Assembly (NCBI GenBank): GCA_025934735.1
Contig: JAICWP010000009.1
Location: 71,640 to 135,639, forward strand
Direction of reading: 5' to 3'
Source of the DNA: Terriglobales bacterium
GTDB lineage: Bacteria > Acidobacteriota > Terriglobia > Terriglobales > Acidobacteriaceae
Length of the DNA stretch: 64,000 nt
Under the pieces are notes generated by a model. That model made no database searches and was not told the DNA's origin. It saw only the letters and a list, made by a program, of their open reading frames with translations. A program made the position numbers and the translations under genes. Of the stretch, positions 20,101-28,471 are shown in pieces. The stretch's first letter is position 1, and the number at the start of each line of letters is the position of its first letter.

Positions 20101-20704
20101 TGGCGGTGATGCCCTCAACCAGGTAATTGTTGTTGTCCTCGCGCTGGCCGTTGACGATGATGCGCACGTCACCGCGGCCCAGCTGCGCCGAGGCGTTGAG
20201 CTGGCTGGAGGCGCCGGCGGAGAGGCTCAACAGCTGCTGGAAGTTTTGTGTGGCCAGGGGCAGGGTGCGGATGGTGTTGGATTCGATGGCCTCGCCGGTG
20301 GTGGCTGTGGTGGTCTCCACGGTTTGCACTTCGGCCTGAACCTGGACCTCCTGCTTGACGGTCTGCGGCACCAGTTTGGCGGTCATGCGCGTGGTTTCGG
20401 TGACGCGCACGTCCACGGAGTTGACCGTGCCCTGGGCAAACCCGGGCGCGCTCACGGTGACGTCATAGCTTGCGACGGGCAGCAGCAGCGCGGTAAACGA
20501 GCCGCTGGCATCGGTTTTAAGCGTGCGCGCCACCTGGCCGGTGGCGTGGTTCACGATCTTCACCGTGGCGCCGGGCACGACCGCACCGCTGGGATCCAGC
20601 ACCTGCCCGGTCATGGCGCCGGTGGCGCCGCCCTGGGCCCATACCACGGCCGCCAACAAGAGCGGTAACAGTGCCAAACCAAGAATTCTGAGAACCGTCC
20701 GCAT
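17150..20704 (-). CDS. Giant TonB-dependent-receptor-like outer-membrane protein with N-terminal carboxypeptidase-regulatory-like domain
   Basis: 1184 aa. Signal peptide MRTVLRILGLALLPLLLAAVVWAQ, a CarboxypepD_reg block (GQVLDPSGAVVPGATVKIVNHATGQVARTLKTDASGSFTALLLPVASYDVTVSAPGF), beta-barrel repeats and terminal ...LRYAF. Confidence 0.85.
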   Translation of the reverse strand: MRTVLRILGLALLPLLLAAVVWAQGGATGAMTGQVLDPSGAVVPGATVKIVNHATGQVARTLKTDASGSFTALLLPVASYDVTVSAPGFAQGTVNSVDVRVTETTRMTAKLVPQTVKQEVQVQAEVQTVETTTATTGEAIESNTIRTLPLATQNFQQLLSLSAGASSQLNASAQLGRGDVRIIVNGQREDNNNYLVEGITATDYNVAELTNTPLPNPDVVQEFKVQTSLYDASQGRNGGGNVNAILKSGTREFHGDVYEFFRNDVLNANEFFLKRSGQPRPVIKQNIFGGSLGGPIGKDGKFGFFFVNYQGTRQRSGLSGGTFISTLLPVMPADRSAQSLLNTFFPGQTGVQIDPVALKVLNFKSNQFGNTPGGFLFPSVPGQAGLDSAGNLNTGPFAFSKPGRFTDDQFTTNWDREFRGGKDKVAYRFFFSNSEQLVPFGAGGLQASLGGSISGSDLNFPFDLPVDDRLMSVAETHLFSPTMVNDLRFGWVHINNSAINVPPVTVSDVGINRPTNNLTKSIYKFTLLSSGFQFGPTPQADQFQDQNNYNFVETLSWTHGNHNWRFGGEATRVNLDKQFPQTFNGQLFFVNNGGLTDFQEFLLGEPNFSFGGGGVFNHAYRQNNFGFFAQDDWKARPDLTLNLGLRTELMGAFTDGDCHIGNLQSSLTQSGQYPFVYPRCVNKLNVPGFSGNASASTFNNQISTGLGPRIGFAWDIMGRHKTVLRGGYGIYYVREDVGNIDQLSFQAPLLPIAFGGAPAPGALANFFSGTLATNPNALPPAGELSPAYIPCLSKISGFPNGTDHAADYASCNGVPSVGIFGLEVPRRFVVPSTQQWNLTLQRDLGHNFVLEVGYVGTHSIHLRETRDGIQSVRVSPSSPFFVTDTGGVTHAITTNTLDNAIARTPTPGLNGYSGYQIFANDAYSHYNALQVNLTRRWGRGYLLAAYTFSRSTDATSTGNTAFNTAYNDQSNINASRGLSDFDRPHRLAISYVYDLPVFQNATGAKGALLKGWEVSGVTVFQSGTPFSIIDSAAGTGFLGAGSTPLLGASLAPGAALSSGLSSGDIFNRINGYLNPAAFTTAPLLYPAQCDPVNNPNFCGTDFGNLGRNIYRGPFQQNFDFSAIKMFHLTERQSLRFTADFFNLFNHPNFASPAFTDVESPANFGQITNTTGTPRLIQFSLRYAF

Positions 20705-21058
20705 GATGCACCTCTTCCCTGAAAGTCGCTCCCGCCGGGAGTCTTACGTATAACGCGGCATCCGTAACGAGCGTATTGGCAGCCCTGATCGGCGATGCCG
20801 CGAGAAACTATTCGAAAAGATGTGAAAGTCCCTGGGAAAGGACTGGAATCCCTGGGAATGGCGAGCAGTCTACCGCAAATGCACGAGGTTCGGAAGAGCG
20901 TGGACAGAAAAATCGTTTCACTAGCTGCTAATTGCCCCTTCCGAGGAGGTGGGTACGCGATCCAATTTGTTGTGTTTTTCAGCGGTGCCAATGTCGGCTT
21001 CGGGAGCGTGTCAGTTTCCGACCCGCGCACTAGCTACTTACAAGCTGCGTTTACACGG

Positions 21059-21850
21059 CTAGCTTGTGCCCTTGTAGGTTCCGCCGTCCACCAGCAGGGT
21101 CTGCCCGGTGACGTAGGAGGCGCGCTCGGAAGCGAGCCAAACCACGGCATTAGCGAACTCCTCAGGCTGGCCGACGCGCTTTACGGCGGTGTCGGCCGCC
21201 CAGCCCTCGAACATCTCCTGCTCGCTTTTTCCCGTGACTTTGGAGCGCGCGGCGGCGAGTTCTTTTAGGCGGTCGGTGGCGGTGTAACCCGGGCCCACAT
21301 TGTTGACCAGGATGCCATCCTTGCCGAATTCATTAGCCAGGCTCTTGACCAAGCCCACCACGGCCGAACGCACGGAGTTGGAGAGCACCAGGTCAGGCAC
21401 GGGCTGTTTCACGGCTACCGACGTGATCGTGATGATGCGGCCCCAGTGGTTGCGCTGCATGTGAGGGATGACCTGGTGAGCGAAGTAAACCACACTGAGG
21501 AAATTCAGCTCGGCGGAGCGTTTCCATTCCTCCACCGTGGTGGCCATGAAGCCTTTGGCGGGCGGTCCGCCGGCATTGGTGACGCAAATATCAATGCGGC
21601 CAAAGCGTTTGGCGACGTTCTCCACGAAGCGCTGCACGGCTGAGGCATCGGTCACGTCGAACGCTTCGTAGTAAACATCGGCGCCGTGATTGGTGCGAAT
21701 CTCTTCGGCGGCGGCTTCCACCGCTTTGAGATTCCGGGAGCACATGGCAACTTTGCAGCCTTCGGCGGCGAAGGCGCGGGCTGCCGCCTGCCCCAGACCG
21801 TGGCTGGAAGCAGCCACAATGGCAACACGATCTTTCAGTCCCAAATCCAT
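21059..21850 (-). CDS. SDR-family oxidoreductase (3-oxoacyl-ACP reductase-like)
   Basis: Start set at ATG 21850 (MDLGLKDRVAIVAASSHGLGQAAA, a TGxxxGxG-type motif). Contains NAGG and the S...Y...K region. Only the C-terminal 263 aa of track ORF 21059..23068 look like protein. Confidence 0.85.
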   Translation of the reverse strand: MDLGLKDRVAIVAASSHGLGQAAARAFAAEGCKVAMCSRNLKAVEAAAEEIRTNHGADVYYEAFDVTDASAVQRFVENVAKRFGRIDICVTNAGGPPAKGFMATTVEEWKRSAELNFLSVVYFAHQVIPHMQRNHWGRIITITSVAVKQPVPDLVLSNSVRSAVVGLVKSLANEFGKDGILVNNVGPGYTATDRLKELAAARSKVTGKSEQEMFEGWAADTAVKRVGQPEEFANAVVWLASERASYVTGQTLLVDGGTYKGTS

Positions 21851-21907
21851 AGGGAAAGGATTATACAAAGTGAGTGGTGATTGAGGGGGCTGAGAACAAC
21901 GGGCCAA

Positions 21908-21947
21908 GGCGAGCTGCGCTCGCCCGCACAGGCGAGGGCGCCTGTGC
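21908..21947. repeat. Two adjacent GC-rich hairpins (REP-like) in a divergent intergenic region
   Basis: GGCGAGC-TGC-GCTCGCC (21908-21924) and GCACAGGCG-AGGG-CGCCTGTGC (21926-21947). Similar hairpins occur at 42056-42075, 13881-13899 and 33509-33529. Confidence 0.6.
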
Positions 21948-22093
21948 CCACGTGTTCTATCGTCCTCACCCGTGCCTACAAGAGAGGGGCGGTCCACGGA
22001 CAGCCAAGAATGTGAAGAGAATAGAATTCCAGGAAATAGAATTCTTTTGTGGTGGCGGCAACCCCGGTAATCCATTGGCGACTCGGAAGTAGC

Positions 22094-23113
22094 ATGGACC
22101 GTCGCGAATTCGTCAAGCTGAGCCTCACCACCGCACTGGCTTCCGGCGTCACACCATATTTGTTCGCGGAGAAAACTGGCGAGATGCAATACCGCACGTT
22201 GGGACACACGGGAGAGAAGGTTTCGATTGTCGGACTGGGCGGCTACCACATCGGAATGCAGAAGGATGCGAATGAAAGCATCCGTATCATCCGTACCGCG
22301 CTCGATAACGGCATGAACTTTCTCGACAACTGCTGGGACTATAACGACGGCGAGAGCGAAATCCGCATGGGAAAGGCGCTGCAGAACGGATATCGGCGGA
22401 AAGCCTTCCTTATGACCAAGATTGACGGACGGGACAAGGACACGGCGGCGCAGCAGATTGAGCAATCGCTGAAGCGCCTGCAGACCGATCACATTGACCT
22501 GCTGCAGTTCCATGAGGTCATCCGGCTGTCGGATCCGGAAAAGATTTTTCGTCCGGGCGGGGGCATGGAAGCGGCGCTGGCCGCCAGGAAAGCGGGCAAG
22601 ATCCGCTACATCGGCTTCACCGGACACAAGAATCCGGAAGTGCACCTGAAGATGCTGCACACCGCCTTCGTGCGCGGTTTCACCTTCGATTCGGTGCAGA
22701 TGCCGCTCAATGTGATGGACGCGCACTTCGAGAGCTTCGAGAAAAAAGTGCTGCCCGTGCTGGTGGAGCACAAAATTGGAGTGCTGGGCATGAAGTCCAT
22801 GGGCGACACTAATATTCTGTCCAGCAAAACGGTCACCCCGGTCGAGTGCCTGCACTATGCCATGAACCTGCCCACCAGCGTGGTAATCACGGGCTGCGAT
22901 TCCATGCAGATTCTGCAGCAGGCCCTGAACGCGGCCAGCAGTTTCCGGCCCATGGACCGGCAGGCAGTAGCTGCCCTTCTGGCCAAGACCGCCAAGGCGG
23001 CACAGAATGGCCGCTATGAGCCCTACAAAACCACGCACGATTTCGACGGCACCTACCAGAACCCGCAATGGCTGGGGCCCACCCAGAGCGGCGCCACGTA
23101 CCCCCAGGCGTGA
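22094..23113 (+). CDS. Aldo/keto reductase with twin-arginine (Tat) signal peptide
   Basis: Start set at ATG 22094 (MDRREFVKLSLTTALASGVTPYLFA). AKR blocks present (GGYHIG, FLDNCWDYNDGESE, DHIDLLQFHEV, IGFTGHK). Confidence 0.85.
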   Translation: MDRREFVKLSLTTALASGVTPYLFAEKTGEMQYRTLGHTGEKVSIVGLGGYHIGMQKDANESIRIIRTALDNGMNFLDNCWDYNDGESEIRMGKALQNGYRRKAFLMTKIDGRDKDTAAQQIEQSLKRLQTDHIDLLQFHEVIRLSDPEKIFRPGGGMEAALAARKAGKIRYIGFTGHKNPEVHLKMLHTAFVRGFTFDSVQMPLNVMDAHFESFEKKVLPVLVEHKIGVLGMKSMGDTNILSSKTVTPVECLHYAMNLPTSVVITGCDSMQILQQALNAASSFRPMDRQAVAALLAKTAKAAQNGRYEPYKTTHDFDGTYQNPQWLGPTQSGATYPQA

Positions 23114-23246
23114 GCAGCAGAAGAAGGCGAGTTGTCACCGGCGTGGTTCACGCACCCGCTCGCGCCGGCTGGTAAAATCAGCGGAACGCCACGCTTCCTC
23201 CGGGTTAGTCATCTTAGTAAGAAGGGAGGAAACTGCTATCGCCAGC

Positions 23247-23582
23247 ATGCAATCGCGACACATTCGCCGGTTTCGGATGGTCAATTCGGCTATTGGATTC
23301 GTACTCTGCGGCTTCGCCGCTTCTCTGCTGGCCATTCTTTTCTGGAACAGCCAGTATCAGGTTCTCGCCCCTATCCTGTTTACGGTGGTAGTTGTGGCGG
23401 TCGCTGTCCGGTTCGGCAGAATGGTTGGGATCCTGGGAACACTGTTCGGGGCGGCGCTGTTCGCGCTGTGGCTCTATCCTCCGTTTGGAAGCTTGGGCGT
23501 GAGCGGACAGCAGGCTCGGGGCAGCCTGAATGCCCTGCTGCTTGGCGGACTCGTATTGTCATACCTGCTGGGCGAAGAGTAA
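23247..23582 (+). CDS. Hypothetical membrane protein (DUF4118-like, 3 TM segments)
   Basis: ATG 23247 follows a GAAGGGAGGA RBS. The 111-aa hydrophobic protein contains ...AILFWNSQYQVLAPILFTVVVVAVAVRFG... Confidence 0.45.
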   Translation: MQSRHIRRFRMVNSAIGFVLCGFAASLLAILFWNSQYQVLAPILFTVVVVAVAVRFGRMVGILGTLFGAALFALWLYPPFGSLGVSGQQARGSLNALLLGGLVLSYLLGEE

Positions 23583-23668
23583 GTGCCGTCGCAATGAACT
23601 CTCGTTTCCGGTAGAGAATTACCCCACCTCAGTCTGTCTTTTTCTTGCTTCTCTCTCTTCGGTGAAAA

Positions 23669-25108
23669 CTAACGAGAGCGCAAACAAGCTTGCGCGGCGA
23701 AGTAGCCACACATCCCGTGCACGCCGGGCCCGGGGAAAGTTGAGGACGAACATAAATACACGCGCCAGGGCGAGGTGGTAGACGGTCGCGCTCCCATGCG
23801 CAAGAACATCTGCCGGAAGTCCATGCTTCCCCCGCTGATATCGCCGCCCACGAGATTGGCATTATGGGATTCCAGTTCAGCCGGGGGCATCACTGACCGC
23901 GCCAGAATCAGGTTGCGGAACCCGGGAGCAAAGCGTTCGATCTGGTTTTCGATGCGGGTCAACATGTCTTCCTGCGATCCGTTCATGACATGGCAGTAGG
24001 CCCAGGCGGTGTGCCGGCCGGCGGGCGCGCGGCTAGGATCGAAAAGCGTGTGCTGAGCCAGCAGCACAAAAGGAGCGTGTACCGGCTGCCCCCGCCAGGC
24101 CGCTCGCTCGGTCGCCGCGATTTCCTCCAGCGTGCCGCCCAGGTGGACAGTTCCCGCGCGGCGGCATTCCTCCGCCCTCCATGGGATCGGCCCACTTAAA
24201 GCCCAATCCACTTTGTAGGCGCCCATCCCGTAACGATAACGTTTCAGGCGGCGGCGCAAAGCGGGTGGGAGCTCCTGCGCCCCGAGATTCAGCAACTGGC
24301 GGGGCGTGATGTCGCACAACACTTCGGCGCCTCGCGGCAGCTCTTTCAACGAAGTTACCCGCGTTCCGGCGCGGATCTCGACCCCTAGGGATCGTGCGTA
24401 GGCGGCAAGCGCGTTGGAGATTTGCTGGGCGCCGCCACGGGGAAAGGGCCAGCCTACGGCGTGGCCGGCAACTCCCAGCGCCAAAGCGATGGCAGAGGTG
24501 CCCAGGTGCTCCAGCGGCAGCACGGCATGGGCGCCCAACCCGGCGAACAGGGCTCGGGCATGCTCACCGCGAAAGCGGCGGTGCGCCAGCCTGGTCACCG
24601 GCTGCAGGGCCTCCCAGCCCAATCGCGTTAACAGCCCAGGGTGGCGCGGAAAGCGCGGCGAAAGCACCAGCGCCAGCATTTCGTCCCAGTGCTTCACCGG
24701 GGAATCGAATAGCCGGCGGTAGTTGCCAGCGTCTTCGCCTAGACGCGCGGCGGTTTCTTCCACGGAACGGGCCATGATGGCCGCGCTGCCGTCGTCGAGG
24801 GGGTGGGCCAGCGGGATCTCGGGATGCACCCACTGCAATCCAAATTTCTCCAGGGGGAAGGTACGGAATACAGGCGAGCCCACGCCCAGAGGGTGAATGG
24901 CCGAGCAGATATCGTGCACGAAACCAGGCAGTGTGAGCTCGGCGGAGCGGGCGCCGCCGCCAATGCTTTGTTCCGCTTCAAAAACGGTTACCCGGCGGCC
25001 TGCCTGGGCCAGGATGATGGCGGCGGTCAACCCGTTGGGCCCGCTGCCCACCACGAATGTGGGCTGCGAACGCCTTCCATTCCCTATGGTTGTGCCGCCC
25101 GTTGCCAT
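23669..25108 (-). CDS. NAD(P)/FAD-dependent oxidoreductase, phytoene-desaturase-like family
   Basis: 479 aa. Rossmann motif VVGSGPNGLTAAIILAQAGRRVTVFEA..IGGG, with COG1233-like architecture. Confidence 0.8.
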   Translation of the reverse strand: MATGGTTIGNGRRSQPTFVVGSGPNGLTAAIILAQAGRRVTVFEAEQSIGGGARSAELTLPGFVHDICSAIHPLGVGSPVFRTFPLEKFGLQWVHPEIPLAHPLDDGSAAIMARSVEETAARLGEDAGNYRRLFDSPVKHWDEMLALVLSPRFPRHPGLLTRLGWEALQPVTRLAHRRFRGEHARALFAGLGAHAVLPLEHLGTSAIALALGVAGHAVGWPFPRGGAQQISNALAAYARSLGVEIRAGTRVTSLKELPRGAEVLCDITPRQLLNLGAQELPPALRRRLKRYRYGMGAYKVDWALSGPIPWRAEECRRAGTVHLGGTLEEIAATERAAWRGQPVHAPFVLLAQHTLFDPSRAPAGRHTAWAYCHVMNGSQEDMLTRIENQIERFAPGFRNLILARSVMPPAELESHNANLVGGDISGGSMDFRQMFLRMGARPSTTSPWRVYLCSSSTFPGPGVHGMCGYFAAQACLRSR

Positions 25109-25192
25109 CTGGTGCCTCTTCTGGCTTGCAAGATGATATCAACTCACGCGGTAGCCCTCGCCAAACCTGATCCCTGTGGCTACCATACAGCC

Positions 25193-25567
25193 ATGGAGCG
25201 GGAACGGTTCGAAGAACTGATGGAGGAGTCCCTGCGGGAACTCCCCGCCATGTTTCGCGAGAAGGTGGAAAACCTGGCCATCATGGTGGAAGATGAACCA
25301 GAAGAGCAGGCCCGGTTTCTCCACGGCCCACGCGGCGGCCCCAGGCGCCTGCTGCTGGGCATCTTTCAGGGCGTTCCGGCGACACAGAAGAGCGTGTGGG
25401 ACATTGTGACCGCGCCCAACCGCATTGTGCTCTATCAGAAAAACATCGAAGCCATCTGCCGCAATGATGACGAAATTCGCGAGCAGGTGCGAAAGACCGT
25501 GATGCACGAACTGGGACACTATTTCGGAATGAGCGAAGAACAGCTGCGCCAGGCAGGGTTGGGATGA
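25193..25567 (+). CDS. Small zinc metallopeptidase-family protein (DUF1025-like, HExxH)
   Basis: Start set at ATG 25193 (MERERFEELMEE...). Contains VMHELGHYFGMSEEQL. Confidence 0.7.
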   Translation: MERERFEELMEESLRELPAMFREKVENLAIMVEDEPEEQARFLHGPRGGPRRLLLGIFQGVPATQKSVWDIVTAPNRIVLYQKNIEAICRNDDEIREQVRKTVMHELGHYFGMSEEQLRQAGLG

Positions 25568-25974
25568 AACTCTCCACCGCTTTGCTCCTGGTCTTCACCC
25601 TGGTTATGGTGGCAGTCCACCTGACCAGCACGCGCCTGCTGCGGCGTGCCTGGAGTGCACGGGCGCCGGCGTGGTTAAGCGTGCTCAACATCTTCCGGTT
25701 TGAAGGAATCTACTACCTGGCTTTGATGGCCTACGTGGCTTGGCAGCGCAGCCGCTTTCTGCTGGCACCGCTGGTGATTATGGCGGCACTGCATGTGGCG
25801 GGTTGGGCGGTGGCGGAGTGCAAGCATGGCTGGCTGGTAACCACGGGCGGAGAGGCGGCGCAGGCGCGCATACTGACCGGTGTGCAGATTTTCGACCTGG
25901 GAGAAACCGTGGTGCTGGTTTACGTCGCCTATGTGCTGGCGCGGGGCATTCTGGGCTACTGGGTGGGGGCGTAA
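25564..25974 (+). CDS. Hypothetical membrane protein
   Basis: 136 aa with 4 predicted TM segments. The start overlaps the upstream stop (ATGA at 25564). Confidence 0.45.
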   Translation: MKLSTALLLVFTLVMVAVHLTSTRLLRRAWSARAPAWLSVLNIFRFEGIYYLALMAYVAWQRSRFLLAPLVIMAALHVAGWAVAECKHGWLVTTGGEAAQARILTGVQIFDLGETVVLVYVAYVLARGILGYWVGA

Positions 25975-26957
25975 TACCCAGGGCGGGCGCGAACGTGCAC
26001 CTTCTTGTTGACGGCGATGATCTCGATGGAGTGGTAGCGGCCGTCGGCGGCCAAATCCGCCGGCTTGTAGGCCACGGAATATTGGCTGCGCAACTCCTCT
26101 TCGATGGAAGAGAACGCCTTGGTGATATCACTCATCTTGTAGGGAAAGAAGGCGCGGCCGCCGGTGGCATTCGCTAACTGCTCGAGCACGCCGTCGCCGC
26201 GCATCACCAAGCCGCTATCGTCGGTGCTGATGGCGTAAATAACGACTTCGGCGTGCTGCGCCATCTGAATGGCCGTGCCCAGGCTGACCTGGCTCTGGTT
26301 ATCTTCGCCATCGCTAAGCACGATGATGGCGCGCCGCACCGGCCTCTCATCGCCGGTCCGCAGCAGCTTTTCCTTGCAAGCCAGGTAAATGGCGTCATAA
26401 AGCGCCGTGCCGCCGCCCGCGTGGAGGCTGTAAACGGCTGAAGACAGCGCTGCATCGTTGTCGGTGAAATCCTTCATCAGCTTGGAATGGCTGTTGAAAC
26501 CGATCACAAAGGCGCGGTCAGCGCCGGCGCGTACCACCTGTTTGAGGAAAGAAATGGCGGAGTTCTGCTCGAAGCTGAAACGGCTTCTCACCGAGCCGCT
26601 AACGTCAACCAACAACCCCACGCGGAGGGGCAAGTCGGTTTCACGGCGGAAATCCAGAATTTGCGGCGCCTGATTGTTATCCAGCACACGAAAATCATTT
26701 TGGGAAAGGTCGCGCACGAATTTCCCGCGGCCATTGGTGGCGGTGAAGACTACGCTCACCTCATCCACACGCTTGTGGATGGTCATCACGGAGGAGCTGC
26801 CCGCTTGCTCGGGGTAGGCGTCGGTTTCCGAAGCCGCCGCAGCGCTGCTCAGATAGGGAGTAGTAGGATCTTGAAGTGGTTGCACCTGAGCGGACACTTC
26901 CGGAGCCGAGAAGAACAGCAGCAGTACCGCAGCGAAGCCGAGGAGCAAAAATTTCAT
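25956..26957 (-). CDS. VWA-domain protein (VWFA-related acidobacterial-type)
   Basis: Start set at ATG 26957 (MKFLLLGFAAVLLLFFSAPEVSAQ). MIDAS-type LLVDVSGSV...GGTALYDAI...VLSDGEDN, preceded by the DFRVLDNNQAPQI block typical of this family. Confidence 0.8.
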   Translation of the reverse strand: MKFLLLGFAAVLLLFFSAPEVSAQVQPLQDPTTPYLSSAAAASETDAYPEQAGSSSVMTIHKRVDEVSVVFTATNGRGKFVRDLSQNDFRVLDNNQAPQILDFRRETDLPLRVGLLVDVSGSVRSRFSFEQNSAISFLKQVVRAGADRAFVIGFNSHSKLMKDFTDNDAALSSAVYSLHAGGGTALYDAIYLACKEKLLRTGDERPVRRAIIVLSDGEDNQSQVSLGTAIQMAQHAEVVIYAISTDDSGLVMRGDGVLEQLANATGGRAFFPYKMSDITKAFSSIEEELRSQYSVAYKPADLAADGRYHSIEIIAVNKKVHVRARPGYYAPTQ

Positions 26958-27140
26958 AAAACGTGCATTTTCTGCCGCGTTTCGGGGCACAGAATACTCC
27001 CTAGTGATGTAGTGCATTTTGAATGCCAGAAAGAACTGTAGGTCAGGGCTAGGGGGAAGCCAAGTTACAAACGGGGAACAGACTTTAGTTACACACTAAC
27101 GGTTACGGTTTAAGATGAGAATTCCCCCGTGGAGGATTCC

Positions 27141-27857
27141 ATGAAAAAGCTGGTGGCGGTACTGACTTCCGTGCTCATCCTCGCCGCTCCACTGCTAGCG
27201 GCCAAAAGCAACGAAAAAGAGCAGGACCGGGTCAAAGACGCCGGCGAAGTGCTCAAAGAGATCATCAATATTCCCGATAACATCCCCAAAGATCTGTTCG
27301 ATCGGGCGGAATGCATTATTGTGCTGCCGTCGGTTAAGAAATTCGCTATCGGGTTGGGCGGCAGTTATGGACGCGGTGTGATGAGTTGCCGCACCGGCCA
27401 ACACTACACCGGTCCCTGGAGCGCTCCCGCCATGTATGCGCTGGAAGGCGGCAACATCGGCTTCCAGTTGGGCGGGCAGGCGACCGACTTCGTGCTTCTG
27501 GTGATGAATCCGCACGGGGCAGAGTCGCTGTTGAAGACGAAAGTGAAGCTGGGTGCGGATGCAGCGGCCGCTGCCGGACCTAAAGGCCGCGATGCGACGG
27601 CCGCCACCGACGTAGCCATGCGCGCGGAGATTCTGTCCTATTCGCGCTCGCGCGGATTATTTGCCGGCATTTCACTGGAAGGCTCGACGCTTCGCCAGGA
27701 TAACGGCGCCAACGAGAAACTCTACGGCCGCAAAGTTACGGCGCGTGAGATCGTGCGCGAGCACCGCGTAGGCGTGCCTGGCGCCGGACAACAACTGGTG
27801 TCGCTGCTGAACCATCATTCGCCCCGCAACCGGTCTGATCCCAAATCACTGGAGTAG
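27141..27857 (+). CDS. Secreted SYLF (Ysc84/DUF500) lipid-binding-domain protein
   Basis: MKKLVAVLTSVLILAAPLLAA signal, then AECIIVLPSVKKFAIGLGGSYGRGVMSCR...GGNIGFQLGGQATDFVLLVMN...FAGISLEGS. Confidence 0.75.
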   Translation: MKKLVAVLTSVLILAAPLLAAKSNEKEQDRVKDAGEVLKEIINIPDNIPKDLFDRAECIIVLPSVKKFAIGLGGSYGRGVMSCRTGQHYTGPWSAPAMYALEGGNIGFQLGGQATDFVLLVMNPHGAESLLKTKVKLGADAAAAAGPKGRDATAATDVAMRAEILSYSRSRGLFAGISLEGSTLRQDNGANEKLYGRKVTAREIVREHRVGVPGAGQQLVSLLNHHSPRNRSDPKSLE

Positions 27858-27888
27858 CACGGCAGGCGGCGCAAGAGTCCTTCGAATC

Positions 27889-27920
27889 AGCAGGCCGGTG
27901 GGCACATATGCCGGCCTGCT
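27889..27920 (+). terminator. Possible terminator hairpin after the SYLF gene (no U-tract)
   Basis: AGCAGGCCGG (27889-27898) pairs with CCGGCCTGCT (27911-27920) around a 12-nt loop. Confidence 0.35.
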
Positions 27921-28054
27921 CTCCTCAACATTATGTCCGGTGAGTAATCAGCACAGCAGCAGAAGCGCGGAATCCCGCTCTGGGTCGAGAGCATCTTAGA
28001 GTTGTTCGTCGCACGGCAATTCTGAATCAATTTTACCCGCCGACATCTTGGCTC

Positions 28055-28471
28055 ATGATTTCCCGCTTCATTACTAAGACCGCCGCTATTAGCGCCGTCG
28101 TGGTGGTCAGCAACGCTGTAGGCAATTACGCGCTCAGCAAGGGCATGCAGGAGGTGGGTCACCTGGTTACCTGGCAGCCCGGCCCCTATCTGCAGGCCTT
28201 TGCCGATCCCTGGGTCATGGCCGGCGTGATCCTGCTGATTGCTTGGCTCATCTTCCGATTGGCGCTGCTCAGTTGGGCGGACCTGAGTTACGTGATTACC
28301 GTGACCTCCACTTCCTATGTCATTAGCGCGCTGTTGGGCAAGTTTTTTTTGGCGGAGGAGGTTTCGCCCCTGCGCTGGGTGGGCATTGCGCTGATTACCG
28401 TGGGAGCTGTGTTCGTGGGCGAAACCTTCCCCAGCACCACCGACGAAACCGGAGGTCTGGCCGAGGAATGA
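28055..28471 (+). CDS. Half-size DMT/EamA-like membrane protein (first of a pair)
   Basis: 138 aa with about 4 TM segments. Ends with an EamA-like block (FFLAEEVSPLRWVGIALITVGAVFV). Confidence 0.6.
   Translation: MISRFITKTAAISAVVVVSNAVGNYALSKGMQEVGHLVTWQPGPYLQAFADPWVMAGVILLIAWLIFRLALLSWADLSYVITVTSTSYVISALLGKFFLAEEVSPLRWVGIALITVGAVFVGETFPSTTDETGGLAEE

Noticed and set aside
18713-20668. 651-aa plus-strand ORF (also 17267..18457, 396 aa)
   Set aside because: It is antisense to the giant OMP gene 17150..20704. The sequence is a G/A/V/E-rich shadow translation with no domain signature.
21851-23068. Upstream 400 codons of track ORF 21059..23068 (669 aa)
   Set aside because: Only the last 263 aa (from ATG 21850) form an SDR protein. 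The upstream part overlaps the well-supported plus-strand Tat-AKR gene and has shadow-ORF composition.
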